20,000 nt of DNA from Malacoraja senta (Eukaryota): assembly GCA_038087875.1 (NCBI GenBank), contig JAXLNO010000556.1, forward strand, positions 115,279 through 135,278, read 5' to 3'. Positions within the stretch are counted from its first letter, which is position 1; the number at the start of each line of letters is the position of its first letter. The position numbers and the translations under genes were made by a program. The notes below the pieces were generated by a model. That model did no database searches, was not told the origin of the DNA, and saw only the letters and a list, made by a program, of their open reading frames with translations. This document shows positions 18,569 through 20,000 of the stretch, one piece after another.

Positions 18569-19271
18569 ATAGACAATAGACATTAGGCAATTAGGCCCTT
18601 CGATCGAGCACCGCCATTCAATGTGATCATGGCTGATCATCCACAATCAGTACTCCGTTCCTGCCTTCTCCACATATCCCCTGACTCCGCTATCTTTAAG
18701 TGCTTCATCTAACTCCCTCTTGAAAGCATCCAGTGAATTGGCATCCACTGCATTCTGTGGCACACAATTCTCCTCATCTCTGTCCAAAATGGCCACAGAT
18801 TCACAACTCTCTAGGTGGGAAAGTGTCTCCTCATCTCAGTGCTCAATGGCCACAGATTCACAACGCTCTGGGTGGAAAAGTTTCTCCTCATCTCAGTCCA
18901 AAATGGCCACAGATTCACACCTCTCTGGGAAAAGTGTTTCCTCAACACCGTTCTAAATGGCTTACCCCTTATTCTTAAACTGTGGCCCCTGGTTCTGGAC
19001 TCCACCAACTTCGGGAACATGTTTCCAGCCTCTAGCGTTTCCAAACCTTTAATAATCGTATATGTTTCAATAAGACCCCCTCTCATCATAAATTCCAGAG
19101 TATACAAGCCCAGCTGCTCCATTCTCTCAGCGTTAGACGGTCCCGCCATCCCGGGAATTAACCTGATGAACCTACGCTGGGCTTCCTGAATAGCAAGAAT
19201 GTCCTTCCTCAAATGTAGAGATCAAAACTGCACACAATACTCCAGGTGTGGTCTCACTAGGGCCCTGTACA
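18569..19271 (-). mobile_element. CR1-clade LINE 3' fragment (copy 4, different and more decayed subfamily)
   Basis: LYRALVRPHLEYCVQF*, RKDILAIQEAQRRFIRLIPG, SRTRGHSLRIRG; CR1 3' UTR with CTATTGT-type tail. Confidence 0.92.
18769..18961. repeat. 57-bp tandem repeat (~3.4 copies) derived from CR1 coding sequence
   Basis: CCACAGATTCACA recurs at 18793, 18850 and 18907. Confidence 0.9.
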
Positions 19272-19285
19272 TCCTTCTAACGTTA

Positions 19286-19387
19286 TACACAAAATGGTGG
19301 AGTAATCTGCGGCTCAGGCAGCATCTCTGGAGAAAAGGAGTGTGTGACGTTTCGGGTCGAGACCCTTCTCCAGGCAGAGAGAGAGTG

Positions 19388-19393
<6 letters not shown>
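19286..19393 (-). mobile_element. Second Penelope-like pLTR fragment with degenerate hammerhead core (19346-19373)
   Basis: Homologous to 11651-11743. Minus strand CUGGAGA-A-GGGU(CUCG)ACCC-GAAA-CG-UC. Its 3' end appears at ~18546-18575, across CR1 copy 4. Confidence 0.7.
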
Positions 19394-19435
<42 letters not shown>

Positions 19436-20000
19436 CTATCTCCCACCCTCTCTCTCCCCTTTTCCCACTGTCCCACCCCCCTCTCTACCCATCCACCTCT
19501 ACCATCTTCTCTCTCTCTGACCCCCCTCACACTCTCCTCCTGCCCCTGCCACTATCTTTCCCCATCTCTGTGCGGTGCTGGTGGTGAGAGAGAGGGGGAG
19601 AGAGGCAGAGAGAGATGCGGGGAGAGATGGACGGGGGGAGGAGGGAGGGGAGATGGAGAGAGATGGGAGAGAGCGGAGGGAGGGGAGAGAGAGGGAGAGG
19701 GGGAGAGAGAGGGGGTTCAGGAGAGGGGGAGAGGGGGGGAGAGAAAGTGGGAGAGAGGGAGAGAGGGAGGGGGAGAGAGATCAGAGAGAGAGATAGGGAG
19801 AGAAAGAGGGAGAGAGAGTGGAGAGAGAGGGAGAGAGGGAGAGAGGGAGAGAGGAGGGGAGAGGGGGTTCAGGAGAGAGAGAGGGGGGACAGAGGGGGAG
19901 AGAGAACGTGGGAGAGAGGGAGAGAGGGAAGAGGGAGGGCGAGAGGGAGTTCAGGTGAGAGAGAGAGGACGAGAGCAGAGAGAGAGAGATGAGACGAGGG
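19376..20000. repeat. (GA)n, then CT-rich, then GA/GGA-rich low-complexity tracts
   Basis: Purine tract to ~19435, pyrimidine tract ~19436-19570, purine tract ~19587-20000. Confidence 0.9.

Noticed and set aside
18769..18961. CRISPR-like repeat-spacer array
   Set aside because: Whole units are homologous tandem copies of CR1 sequence with no unique spacers. The context is eukaryotic with no cas genes.

Overview
Eukaryotic, repeat-saturated DNA. The CR1, Penelope-like and L1 families resemble those of cartilaginous fish, probably a skate or ray (inference from recalled repeat families). Almost all of the window is a stack of nested retroelements. A decayed + strand L1 (L1-A, ORF2 734-16596, tail to ~16876) appears to sit inside an older - strand L1 (L1-C). 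L1-A is interrupted by three 5'-truncated CR1 LINEs, an internally deleted BEL/Pao LTR element (3530-7790, open gag) and a full-length - strand L1 (L1-B, 8688-15241, intact ORF1, 16-bp TSD). L1-B carries a 201-bp fold-back Penelope-like insert with a minimal hammerhead-ribozyme core and a 14-bp TSD. The last 2.3 kb holds purine/pyrimidine tracts, further LINE fragments, a second hammerhead relic and one short unique stretch that may be a host exon. No host gene, tRNA, rRNA or CRISPR array could be identified. The leads most worth following are the hammerhead fold-back mini-element and the splice-acceptor-like sites 17-20 nt upstream of ORF2 in two different L1 families.
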